A stretch of DNA of 64,000 nucleotides from contig CDPCPM010000196.1 of the NCBI GenBank assembly GCA_976551045.1, forward strand, positions 2,728,001-2,792,000. The letters run 5' to 3'. Shown here one piece after another: positions 1 to 11,271 of this stretch. The DNA comes from Glaucostegus cemiculus. Taxonomy: Eukaryota. Within the stretch, counting starts at the first letter, position 1; each line of letters begins with the position of its first letter. The notes below the pieces were generated by a model. That model saw only the letters and a list, made by a program, of their open reading frames with translations. It was not told the origin of the DNA and ran no database searches. Both the position numbers and the translations under genes were made by a program.

Positions 1-332
1 TAGAAGATGTTCAATGTCCGGTTCTCCACGGTATTGCAGGTTAAATAACGTGGAAATAGGTGCAGTCAATTAAAATCAAGGCCTCCCCAAACATACAGAA
101 TGTAGGTGCTCGACTTTGATGACAAACAAGTATAAGTACAAAGGACAATGACTTCTCCACCTGGGACAATTGTTCCAGGTCAGACTATATCCAGATGACA
201 AAGTACAACAATTCCCCCTGAATTACGCGACTAACTTTTGAATTCACCACATCTGTATGTCTGCATATCTTCTGTTATGACGTCAGTTTGTCTCGCAGCT
301 TCATCAGCCGGTATGATTTGTTGGGCCTTTGA

Positions 333-665
333 AGCAGCACGGTGAATCAACTAATCGTTCCACTGCCTCGCATCCTAACTTGGGGTGCCGTGTTTTTGGA
401 TTTTGTCCTTCTCCCTCGTATGCGTGGCTTTCTTCCTGGTTCTCCAGTTTTCTCTCCCTCGCAAATCACAAGGCATGGAGTTGGAAGGTTAAGTTGCTGT
501 TCGAAGTGAGTGGTAGAATCTGGAAGAAGCTGATTGGAATGTGGGAATAACAAAAAAATGGGACCAATATCGGCTAATTGGAAATGCCTGGCTGATGTTC
601 AGCACCGAAACAATGAACCGAGGAACCCCTTTTGGTGCTGATTCTTTGCATGAATTTGTGACAAG
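333..665 (+). repeat. HE1/V-SINE-type SINE
   Basis: GCAGCACGGT start and TTCTCC...GCGTGGCTTTC...CTCCAGTTTTCTC core. Similar + strand copies at ~15180-15520, ~30640-30925, ~38795-39110, ~46370-46700 and ~60630-60980. Confidence 0.7.
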
Positions 666-2149
666 ACAACGGCCTCCATATTCTGCAGCTCTGTTTCCTT
701 TAGTGAAACAGGTGGATTCAGAAGCTGGGAAGTGCAAATGGGACATGGCGAATTATGGACTGTCCCATACTGGGTGTGATGTCAAGGCATTGTGTCGTAC
801 CACAAAGAAGGAGGCTGTTCTGCCTAGCACATCCATGCCGACCTTTTGTCACACCTGCACTGAGCCTATTGCTCTAAGTACAATATCCTTCAACACATTG
901 CCTATTTAAGAGCCTGCTCAAGTGCCACTTAAACATGTTATTTACACCTGATCCCAGCACATCTTCCGCAAGAAGGTTCCAGGTATCATTCCATCTCTGT
1001 GTGAAAACAAACAGTTGTCGCGTCCCTTTTTCAACTCCTTTCTTTCGCCTTTGGCCTATGCCCTCTAACTTTGTGTAGCATGCCTCTGGGAGTGGAATAT
1101 GTTACGCTGACTGGAGACAGTGGTTTCCTACTTGCCGTTAATCAAATGGATGATGTTTTATTTTGTCCTGGAAGTCATACATTCGCTATGAAAATGTGTG
1201 GTGGTCACTTTACGGGGAGTATACTACAGGTGTCCGAATAGTCATCAGGAGATAGGGGAGCAGACATGCAGACAAATCATTGGACAGTAGGAAGAGATTT
1301 CAACTTCCTTAATAGTCATTGGTATTGCTTTGTTGTGAAAGGTATAAGGAAACTGGAATGTTAAAAGTGAGTTCAAAAGAACTTTTGAGAGAGTAGGTAC
1401 AAATTCCAATTGTACAATGGGTTAGTGTTGGAACAAATATAAGGTACTGTCGCTGGACAAGTTGTTGGAATGTCGTTGTAACTTCATTGAACCCTGAATA
1501 TAAAAATGCAATCGATGTCGAGTGAAAATCTGCAAACAGAGGAACCTGATTCAACACCGCCATTTCTCGACCTGCATTCAGAATAGACTGCATAATCAGG
1601 GAACATAAAATCGTCACAGAACAGAAAGACAATACTCAGAAAGACAATATCCATTTACATTTAACCAGCACTCCATACGTTTCGGAGCATAACATGTTAT
1701 CTTCAGTCCGAAAAAGAACAATTGTTCACTGGTACTGTCTTATGTTCATTCAGCGTTTCGCCCTGTTACTGCATCTCTTTAATTCCATAGCCTTAAAACC
1801 TGCATTTTATGTTACGTGTTATCAATTGCTGTCAGAGGTCCCTGAAAATCACATCAACCGCATTTGCTGTCATGTCTTTTCTGCATTTTCACGAAAAAAA
1901 CGCCTCATCAAGAATAGTTTGCCATAACATGGCTTTAACAATGAATACACAGTTTTCCAATGCTGTTGAATGTTCATTCTAAACAACTCTTTGCCGTCCA
2001 ATTTAAACTGATCAGTCTTCAGTAATTGAATTTATCTCTGCTGACATTTTTGAACATGTTGTGATGTTACATTTCTCTGAATTCAGGCGCAAGCCATGAA
2101 TCCGTTGATGTGCGGAAGGAAGCGGCAGGCTCATGATTTCTTCCTTATC

Positions 2150-2250
2150 AAAATCCTGATGCATGGTTTGAACCTGAAACGTCAGCGATGTCCATCCCGG
2201 TACAGCTGCTGCTCGACCCGTTGAGCTCCTCCAGCAGATTGTTTTCTTTT
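2150..2250 (+). mobile_element. Short Penelope-like terminus with hammerhead-like core
   Basis: CTGATGC-ATGGTTTGAACCT-GAAACGTC then GCTGCTCGACCCGTTGAGCTCCTCCAGC; a paralogous copy lies at ~17700-17795. Confidence 0.6.
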
Positions 2251-2964
2251 TCCCCCATAATATCTTAATTCAGAGCTATCCTTGTTGCTATCTCCTTTGC
2301 CTCAATCTAACTGTTCACATCCCCAGATGAATTGAATACAATGGTTGCAGAATACATCCAATTTATTTCTATCGAGGAGTGTATTTAAAGAAATATGAAT
2401 ATAACTGATTTGAACTTTGAGGCGTGTTTAGCCTCTGTATTTCCAAGATCCTTTCATTGTAAAAGATAGTTTCTCCTGAATTAAATATTCTGTGTTAATC
2501 CATATCAGTCAATATTCCCACTGATCTGTTCTATTCTGTCAGCAATCCCTCGCAGTTATTTGAATTAAACTCTAATTTTCCATTGTCTTCCTGTATATCC
2601 TCCAAAAGTGCTGACATTATAAAGCGTGTCTGGAAGGATGTGAAATTTGACTGCGTCGTTAATTACAAACAATATATCTGCAACCATTGCTGTGGAATTT
2701 AATGTTGGCCACGCCAATTAACAGCTGCGTCGCACATCTTGCTCAGATGTTCTTCAATAATCAAGATGTCCTGTTGATAAAGTTGATGCTCAATAAAATT
2801 GATGTTCTGTTCTCCCTCCGAATTTGCAAAAATAAGTTTATACCATAATTCTAGCTTTGAAGATTAATTGGCATGTTACTCGTTATTGTTGACGTTCGAT
2901 AGCCCACTCAAGTTTCGTGAAACGGATTAAGAATTGATCTAACACGATTGAATCGGTCAGCCTT

Positions 2965-3232
2965 TTAAGCATCTCCCCTTCCCCCACTCTCCAGCCCCCT
3001 CTCACTTGGAGTCAGCTATCACCTGGATTCACTTATAACCTGCCTGCGTTCACTCCTACAAGTCCCAACCTTCTTATGCCCTCTTCATTTCCAGTCATAA
3101 TGAAGGGTATCGACCCGAAACGTTGTCTGTTTATTTTCCTCCATACATGGTGCTTTACGGGCTGAGTTTCTCCAGTACCTTTGGGGTGTGTGTGTTGCTC
3201 CAGATTCCAGCAGCTGCAGAATCTCTTGTGTT
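2965..3232 (+). mobile_element. Penelope-like pLTR 3' end with degenerate hammerhead ribozyme
   Basis: CAGTC-ATAATGA-AGGGTATCGACCC-GAAACGTT-GTCTG at 3092-3129, followed by the usual tail GCTGAGTTTCTCCAG...CAGATTCCAGCAGCTGCAG. Confidence 0.75.
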
Positions 3233-3496
3233 CCGTTAAACAATCGGTATTTTTACCACTGGGAATCAGTCAGAATGACCAGCCATTTCGATGCAGGATT
3301 GTGTTTATTATTGGTTGCCACCGTGAATCTATAGAGATGTTATTTTTTTTCTTCAGAGTCGGAGTCATACCGGCAAATCTAGTGTAAAATATCCGGCTGA
3401 AAGTCAAATCAACGCCATTTTCTTGCGCCGATCAACCAGATTACCTTCTTCCGGGACCAACGACTGCCGGTAATTATAATTTCTTCCTTTCTACAG

Positions 3497-4130
3497 GTAA
3501 TTTGTTTCTCTCTCGTGGAACGTCCTCTCCAAGTGCTGCACACTTATCTAGCCGCAGCTGATTTAACAGTTCTGATCTTTGAGGTAATTATTGCGACATT
3601 AAAAATGGTTTTTCCCCATATTCATTCTCGAAATTGATCAGCGTTTGTCGTGTCAACATGACTCTCGTTTTAATTTCACTTGATTGTTCCGTCTGGCTAC
3701 CAGTGGCCTTCACCTTCGACCGATCGTTTTCACATTTTTTTTCTCTCAGATATAGGAGCAAAATATTGTTCCGAGGAAACTGCGGCTTTGTTGATTGCAC
3801 TGGTGTATTTCTTGATGATTAAAAAAAAATGTATATCCTCAGATTTCTATCCCTTGCGGATACGGGTAGCATTTTGGTGGTTTGGAATAATTTTAACATC
3901 ATTTGCACCATATCTGTTGATCATGTGACGATTCAGCGCCCTGAAATAAGGCATATTATAAGCCAATATAATGAGGACCTGATTCCGCGGGTGCAAGAAT
4001 GATGAGTATTCCGCAGATCAAGGGTTAACGAACCGAAGGATATCCATCACCCTATTGTTTACTGTATCTGGCAGATTCATACTACTGTGGGACGTAAATT
4101 GTGTAAGTTTCATTAGTGAATACTTCATAT
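3497..4130 (+). pseudogene. GPR139-like copy 1: decayed exon 2 only
   Basis: Acceptor ctacag at 3491-3496. Remnants ISLDCSVWLPVAFTFDR, SSDFYPLRIRVAFWWF and a TM6 SGRFILLW segment lie in different frames. No promoter or exon 1. Ends at a Penelope-like element. Confidence 0.85.
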
Positions 4131-4199
4131 ATATTCAGTGTTTAATAACATCTTCCCATGCCAGTAAAAATGCAGGGAGTTTATTCTAAATTGCTCACA

Positions 4200-5420
4200 A
4201 GACAACAACCTTACAGAAAAAAAACGAAACATCTTGAAACACACATAGGTCAGGCAGCATTCATAGAAGTTGAAAAGTTTATGTTTCGGGTACAAGGCAC
4301 TTGTGCGTACTGAGAAAGAGAGCAAAGGAAGTTAGTACTCAGTCGCAGAGAAGAAGATGGAGAGAAATAGATCAAAGTGAATAGCTCCGATAGGATGGAC
4401 CTAGTGCCCTTACAGGGGCAGTTTACAGAATATTAAAGCATATTATCTGCCCGTGAAATGTGTCGTAAATAGCGGAGCTAGGGGACATGTCCATCTGGCC
4501 GGATTGTACAGATAAAAATAAACTGAGTCATTATGATGTCGTGTAGAAATAGCAGTTCGGAAGCTGACACAAAGAAAGAGCAAAAAGTTCGAGAATTTGA
4601 TGATTAATATTGCATGCTGCAATGTAATCAGACTGAGGAAGATATGTTATTTCTCGCTTGAAACAGGCCTCATTGTACCAGAAACAGGGGTCACTGACTG
4701 GGAGGGATGGTGAATTAAAATTGAACGTGAGTGGAACCTCAGGGTTACTCCGGCGGACTGAATGCATATGCTGCATGAAACGATTGACCAGTCTGCGTTT
4801 GGTTTCTCCAGTGTAGAAGAGTCCACATTGTAAACACTGTATTCTCCATACTGGACTGGAAGAAGTGCAAGTGAACCGTTGCATCACATGGATTTTTATG
4901 GGAGGGGTGGGGACAAGGTAAGGTGGAAACGGATGAAATGACATGAATTTCATCTGCTGCAATTACATGGAAAAGTGTCGATACGGGAAGTGCGTATTGC
5001 AGTCGGACGAATGAAGCAGCGAGTCTGGAAGGGAACAATCTCTGTAAAAATCTGAAAGGGGGAGAGAGGTGAAATGTTTCGAGTGGTAGTATCGTGTTAC
5101 GCCTGTCGGAACTCGCTAAGGATAATCGGTTTAATGCAAGGGTCGTTGGGATATAAGGTTGGGATTAGAGGCATTACTTGCTCTGCCGTCGAGGACGGAG
5201 GGTGAGAGCAGAGGTGCAGGGATCAATGAGATGTTCAAGGGTTTTGCCAACGCCTGTAAAAGGAGCAACCACCGTCCAAATGCAACATATTTTAGACTTG
5301 CTGTGAGAAGGTAATGGAGTCCTTCAAAAAGATACGATGCACCGAATGGTTTGTTTTCATGCCGGATGAAGCAATGATTCCGATTATTAGGGACACACGC
5401 TGGAGTCCTTGTAGTCAGTA
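4200..5420 (-). mobile_element. Penelope-like retroelement remnant (GIY-YIG endonuclease plus pLTR)
   Basis: ORF 4531..4962 reads QRFTCTSSSPVWRIQCLQCGLFYTGETKRRLVNRFMQH..., a GIY-YIG domain with CxxC. A degenerate hammerhead-bearing terminus lies at ~4230-4320. Confidence 0.85.
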
Positions 5421-5424
5421 TACC

Positions 5425-5830
5425 TTCAAGATTCAAGATTCAAGATTCAAGGTTGCTTTATTGTCATTGAGCCGTTGAGACAACAGAACAATGAGATTTC
5501 ATTGGTACTCCCATGACAGACAATAGGCACAGTACTTAAATATTAAATAAATAGAGGATAAATTAAGTTAGAGTTACACTGTAGGGTTTACTAGATGTAT
5601 TAGAGGGGGAGAGAGAAGAAGCGAGAAAGATCTAGTGCAATCCGTGAAATTTAAAGTCCTTGTTTAAGATTTTCACGGCGTTGGGGAAGAAGCTATTCCT
5701 CAATCTGGCCGTAGATGTGTGGAATGTGTGGAATGATGCGTTTCTTTGAGGGAAGCAGACTGAAGAGGGGATGGGCCGGGTGGGAGGAGTCCTTAATGAT
5801 GTTTGTAGCCTTGTTCAGACACCGGGGCTC
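5425..5830 (-). mobile_element. 3' end of a Rex1/Babar-type LINE with (TCTTGAA)n tail
   Basis: (TTCAAGA) repeats from 5425. The minus-strand peptide IYEPRCLNKATNIIKDSSHPAHPLFSLLPS is the typical RT C-terminus. Confidence 0.75.
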
Positions 5831-7749
5831 ATAAATCAGCAATCTTCTGTGCTGCAGATATCTGTTGTATAATATGCAAAAGGTCTCTGTACCAGAGAGG
5901 GTTACTGGTGTTATTCTATTCAAGTTATGCAGATCATGCAATATGTTTTTAACTACATATTGTTGGGGGTCATGGTACTTCTCCGAAGCACAACAAGAAG
6001 CTTTGAAATCTTCCGCAATTTTTTAGTAGATCTCCACCCACCACTTGTTTTGTATATGGGACCTATTCACTGAAGAATCGCGGCTCTCATTCGTTCCCAG
6101 GCCTGCCAGTGGATTATTGCTGGTATCCTACCAGCTCACTCTGAAAACTCAGTTGAAGATGGCACTAAATGCGAAAAACGTGTAACTTAAATGAACCCGG
6201 AAATATGAAATCTCAATCGTTTCCCAGTGGAAATCTGCAAACATTGGATCCAGATCCAACATCACTATTTCTCTCCCGGCAGTGCGAATATGCTGTATCG
6301 TCAGAGGAACATGGAGTGGTGACAGACCAGGAAGGCACCATTAAATCAGTCGAATTGGAACCGACAGTCATACTTTTGGGTAATTACATTTACTCTCCAG
6401 TCTGGAAATAAACAAAATCTTTTCTCGCCGCTGTTTTCTATTTTGATGGAACCTAACATATGTATCTGTGTCCCTGCATTACATATCATTCCATAGCCTT
6501 AAATGACGAAGGCGTTTTAGGTAATATGTTATCAAATGCCTTTTGAAAATCCATATATGCCACATCAGCAGCATTTCTCTTGTTCTCCGTTCTGTACTTT
6601 AACTAATTAAACAGTCATCAAGTTAGTTTGACATCACTTGGTGTCCACAATTTTCCAAACCATCAGTATTCTACATACTTTTTATTTCCTTTATTCCTTT
6701 ATGAATCCACAGTTGCCCAAGTGATTAACAATTCTGCCCTTGATTGCTATATATGAAATCTCTGCAGCCAAGTTTAAACAGACTGCTTTTCATTTATTGA
6801 GTTTATATCGATACATTCATATACACAAGACTGTAGCACTTGCGGTCTTCCAGTTCGCAGGCACAAGGCATGAATTTCTAGAGGTGTGGAAAATCAAGAA
6901 GACCATAATTTCTTAATTGATGCTGCCCGAACTAACTTCTCCTATGCCTCGGTCTCGCATTTCATCTCCAAAGTGGGAACTCAAAACAAAGATAACGCCA
7001 TCCATCGCAGCATGTGCTTAACGAATGGTGAAGTCAAGTGAATGGAACTTTCATCGCTTTGAATTTCGAGGTATCCATTTAAATGTATAGTTAGGCATCT
7101 TTAAGTATGAAGGTTTATTCTCCCTGTATGAAAGCTTCTATTTCAAACCACTCCTATCAATATTTTTTTGACGTGTTACTCGAATCAACCACTGTTACTT
7201 CCATTGTAAGATTTCCCAAAATTTAAACGTGTAAATTAAAATAAAATATTCGAAAGAAACCGGTTTAATTTTGAGAACACAACGATTTGAGGTGTTATGC
7301 AACCAGCCAGGGGAAACTATGATCTAAGGAAAATATTTTGGTCAAAAACAGCGAAACAGTTTAAAAAATGCATAAGTTCTTCCTTGAACCACGTTTCGTC
7401 ATCGTCTAATAGCTTGCAAAGCTTCTAGACTTTAAAAACATGTTAAATGCTCACGTTGAATACAATTGTCTGCAGATATTTAAGTGTTCATGATATTATT
7501 TTTTATATCACGCCCAGCACCTCGTTCTCATTATTTATAGCATGCTCTAAAGAACAAAGATTGCATTCTTGATGCATGACACCGCAAGAGGTTTGATGTG
7601 TCACGTATGAGTCAGTTAATTTACTCATTGCTCTCTGCATGCATTTGTAAAATTGTGCCTTCATATTCTGCAACGTTTTAGCATTGCAGTAGGAAATGAA
7701 GAAAATAAATATATCTGGAAATATTTATTCCTAATTATAACTTTCTTTA

Positions 7750-7900
7750 TTTACTGACATTGGTGGCAGTTATTGCCCGGCAAACTTAATTAGCAGTATC
7801 AATTGTGATCTGGACTCCATTGTTTGTTTCTTTGACTGTCACTATCCAAATAATTCTGCACTGGTTTTGCATCATAAGGATTCACTTGGGTATAAAGTAT
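7750..7900 (+). promoter_or_regulatory. Full promoter cassette of copy 2
   Basis: GGTGGCAGTTATTGC, TAATTAGCAG (7787), TGACTGTCAC (7833), TTGCATCA, TATAAA (7891). Confidence 0.6.
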
Positions 7901-7960
7901 GACTTGAAAAGCAAGCGACGTGTTCATATTTACAACAGTAACCATCGCTTTTTCCCGAGC

Positions 7961-9018
7961 ATGGAACAGCCGGTAGTCATTCAGATAGAAAATATTTACT
8001 ACCCTATCCTTGCTATCGTTGGCGTTCCTGGTAAGTTGCTTAACATTTGCCCTCAGTCTTCCGCTGTTTAGCTTTTACGACTGGAAGTATCTTCCTGTTA
8101 CTTCGTCTTTTTACAGCTAATTTGTTGGCCATCGTCATTCTCCTCCGGGGAAAGTGTGGTCTCTCCAAATGCACCACCCGTTATCTGGTAGCCAGGGCCG
8201 TAACTAATTTAATAGTTCTAATCTTTGAGGTAATTTTCTACAGAAATTAAAAATGGATTTTTCCCATATTCATTCTTGAATTTAGCTCCCATTTGTAGTA
8301 TCAAATTGATTCCAGTTTTCATTTCCGTTGATTGCTCTATCTGGCTAACGGTGGCATTCACCTTCGATCAATTTGTTACCATTTGTTGTCAGAAGTTACG
8401 GGCAAAATACTGCACTGAAAAAACTGCGGATCGGGTGATCGCAGTGGTGTGTGTCTCAAGCATTCCCTGTATATTTCATCTACGTACCTCGAGAAATAAT
8501 TAACAAGGTAGCTTGGCCGTGCGGTGTATCACCAGATTTCTACAGGTTACCGATATGGGCAGCGTTTTGGTGGATTGAAACCATTTTAACCCCATTGGCG
8601 CCATTTCTATTGATCATGCTACTCAACGCTCTGACAATCAAGCATATTATGCAAGCCAGTAGAGTAAGGAGCAGACTCCGAGGTAGCAAGAAGGATGAGA
8701 GTTCCACAGATCAAGAGGTGGAGAACCGGAGGAAATCGATAATTCTATTGTTTTTCGTATCTGGAAGCTTCATACTTCTGTGGATGGTAAACTTCTTGTG
8801 TTTCATTAGTGTGCACATCATAGAAAGTCAGCATTTAAAAAACAAATTACAACGACCCATTTAAAATTACTGAACAATCCGGATACATGCTGAGGTGTTT
8901 AAGTGCTTGCACGGACACATGCATTTATGCGGTGTTCCAGACAAAATTCAGGAAGGAATTAAAAAATGTGATTAAGCGCTCCTTCACTTTGTTACTTAGT
9001 TCAATAAATTTTGAATAA
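7961..9018 (+). pseudogene. GPR139-like copy 2: full length, exon 1 7961..8030, 86-nt intron, exon 2 8117..9018, three frameshifts
   Basis: ATG, GT/AG and TATA are intact. Relative to copy 6: +1 nt near 8242, ~11-nt deletion near 8465, +1 A near 8840. Also D2.50->N and DRY->DQF. Confidence 0.93.
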
Positions 9019-9189
9019 ATATTAAGGTGAAACCAAATTTGTTTGGAAGTGTCGTTGTTCAATTCTTTATTATTTTATTACAGCCATCTTTCCTGGTAAG
9101 AAGGAATCCATTTGAACCGTTAAGTATAGTCCGGCTGTCATATTCCATTAACCTCCTTCTGTCCTGGAACTAAGGTCTTCGACTGCTGG

Positions 9190-9390
9190 TCAACTGCCCA
9201 CTAATTCTCGGACTGCCTCCCACCCCTTGGAAAATCATAGCTGCCAATTAACCTACCAATACACACGTCTTTGGGATGCGGGAGGGAACCAGAGCACACG
9301 GAGGAAACCGGCAGAATGCACACAGGCAGTACCAGAGTATCGTACCCGTATTGCTGGAATTCCGAAGCTGCAGCATTGCCGGCACACCTG
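9190..9390 (-). repeat. HE1/V-SINE-type tRNA-derived SINE downstream of copy 2
   Basis: CCAATTAACCTACC...TCTTTGGGATGCGGGAGGGAACCAGAGCACACGGAGGAAACC. Equivalent antisense SINEs follow copies 5 (~29700-29960), 6 (~36660-36830), 8 (~45070-45330), 9 (~53170-53400) and 10 (~59410-59640). Confidence 0.8.
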
Positions 9391-11271
9391 AGTCTCATTG
9401 GATAGCCAACGAATTTTATTTTGAATTATCACATGGTGTACATACCCAGAAGATAGGAACCAAAAGAGGCATTGTGCAGAATTGTGCACAACATGAGTAG
9501 CTGGTGTCATAGTGATTGAAATCAATGATATTTGATTAAGAATGCAAAGTTCCCTGTTCTTTCCTTTGATATATTTTCTTTATTTATGATTCGAATGTGA
9601 TGTGCTTTTTTTGTCATTCTGATCTATTTAATACAAACTTCTTTTTTTAATACCTTAAAATATCAAAACCTTTAGAACAGTGACATTTGCCACAGGACGG
9701 TCCAGGAACGGTTCCACCTCCTGTAGCCCAGTCGCTACCTGCCGCCCCTTCATTTCTAGTGCTGTCATTTACCTGAAGTCACCATACTTTGCCGCAACAA
9801 GTACGCGTGGCCTCGGTGTCAATGCAGAGCCAAAGAGCAGGACGGACGGAGCAGGATGCGACCCCATAATATCAAAGCTTGTCTCTAACGTAAACATTTA
9901 GAAAAGCAGCTCTCACGAATCAAGATACGAAGCCTGTATTTACTTAATTCCAGCCGAAATGTTCTGAACATCTGCAACTCAAGAGTGTTTAATATCCAAG
10001 CAATCCAATCTAAGTTCTGAGAAATGAAGAATCTAAAATTGTTCTGTAAATGGCTTCACGGATTTTCATAATCGTAATTGCTGACTTCAATTATATGAAC
10101 AATATATTGTCTCTGGGGACCATTCTATTCCAATGTGATCTATTGGTTGGGAACTAGAACTTTTTGCTTGGACTGACATATACAATGCACTCACAAATAA
10201 AGTGCAAAAATAAATTAAAGTAGTGATTTAGTCCGTAAAAACAATTGAGTAAATTTGTTGTTCGCTGCTTGCAAGGTGCCTATACCACATGTTATGTGAT
10301 TAGTCGCTTCCTAACTTTTACTGTGTTAAACCCGCATCTGCTGATACACGCTCAGTGCGCGGATCCATTCAGCTCTCGTTTTACTATCACATGTCAGAAC
10401 GGTTAGTGCAGCTGACGTTGCCAACATAGATGTGGTAATGTATTTGAAGATAGGCGGCATGCTGGTTCTTTGGAAATCCAAAACCCGTGAGTTTCAAGGA
10501 AAAGTGAAAATAAAAATGCTTGTGAAACTTTTTCAGTGGTAAACAGCAAAGAGAAACCAGTGATGAGCAACATGAACTGCAAATTACCTGGTGGGCTACA
10601 GCCTCGTTCGGTTCTGTGGCTTTGCCAGGAATGTGGCAGTGACTTGGACAAATATAAAAACAATGGTGATGACCTTCACACATGTTATTATTGCTGTTTT
10701 ATTTTCTTTGATAATGAAGTATGAATAGGCTGTTCAACAGTGCAGGGAAATAGCAAATTGAATTCAACGATGAGAAACCAGAGTGCCAGCAACTTGTAGA
10801 CTACATATATGTCTGTAATACAAGTTATATCTGCAGGTTGGTACGAAATTTCTGTACAGAGCATGGTACCAAAGAGGAGACGTTTCTTGCCAGAACTGTA
10901 CACATTACGGGGAGGAGGAGGGCACAGGTAAATAACTATGTACGTCATGTTACAGGAAGTATTTGTTGATTTACCAAGATATTGCTCTAGGCTGGACGAT
11001 TGTTGTCATGAAAAGAGATTGTATAAGCGCGCATTTTCTCTTTTGTTTTATTTAAAGGTAAATTTCAGCAATGAATATAAATAAATGCAGTCGAGATTGG
11101 GTGACCAGAAAGAGCCAACTTCTCCCCTAGAACGTGGAATAACAAAGGGCTACAGGTATAATCGCAATGAAAATGAAAACTATTCCAGATACTGGAAGCC
11201 CGTAATTCTATCAGAACATGTCGGAAACAATTAGGAGATTGGACGGTATCGGGTGAAAACCAATGCCACGA

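Larger units (their letters stand above)
1..2300 (+). repeat. Segmental paralogy with ~14830-17850 (upstream parts of units 1 and 3)
   Basis: Collinear anchors AGGTGCAGTCAATTAA, ATGACTTCTCCACC, GGTATGATTTGTTGGGCCTTTGAAGCA, ACATTCGCTATGAAA, AAATCTGCAAA. Confidence 0.85.

Noticed and set aside
5425-5452. (TTCAAGA)n as a CRISPR-like or regulatory repeat
   Set aside because: There are no spacers; it is the 3' tail of a Rex1-type LINE in eukaryotic DNA.
7868-7876. ATF4 amino-acid response element (TGATGCAAA on the - strand) in the promoter
   Set aside because: It fits only copy 2; the consensus in other copies, including the intact one, is TATGCATCA.
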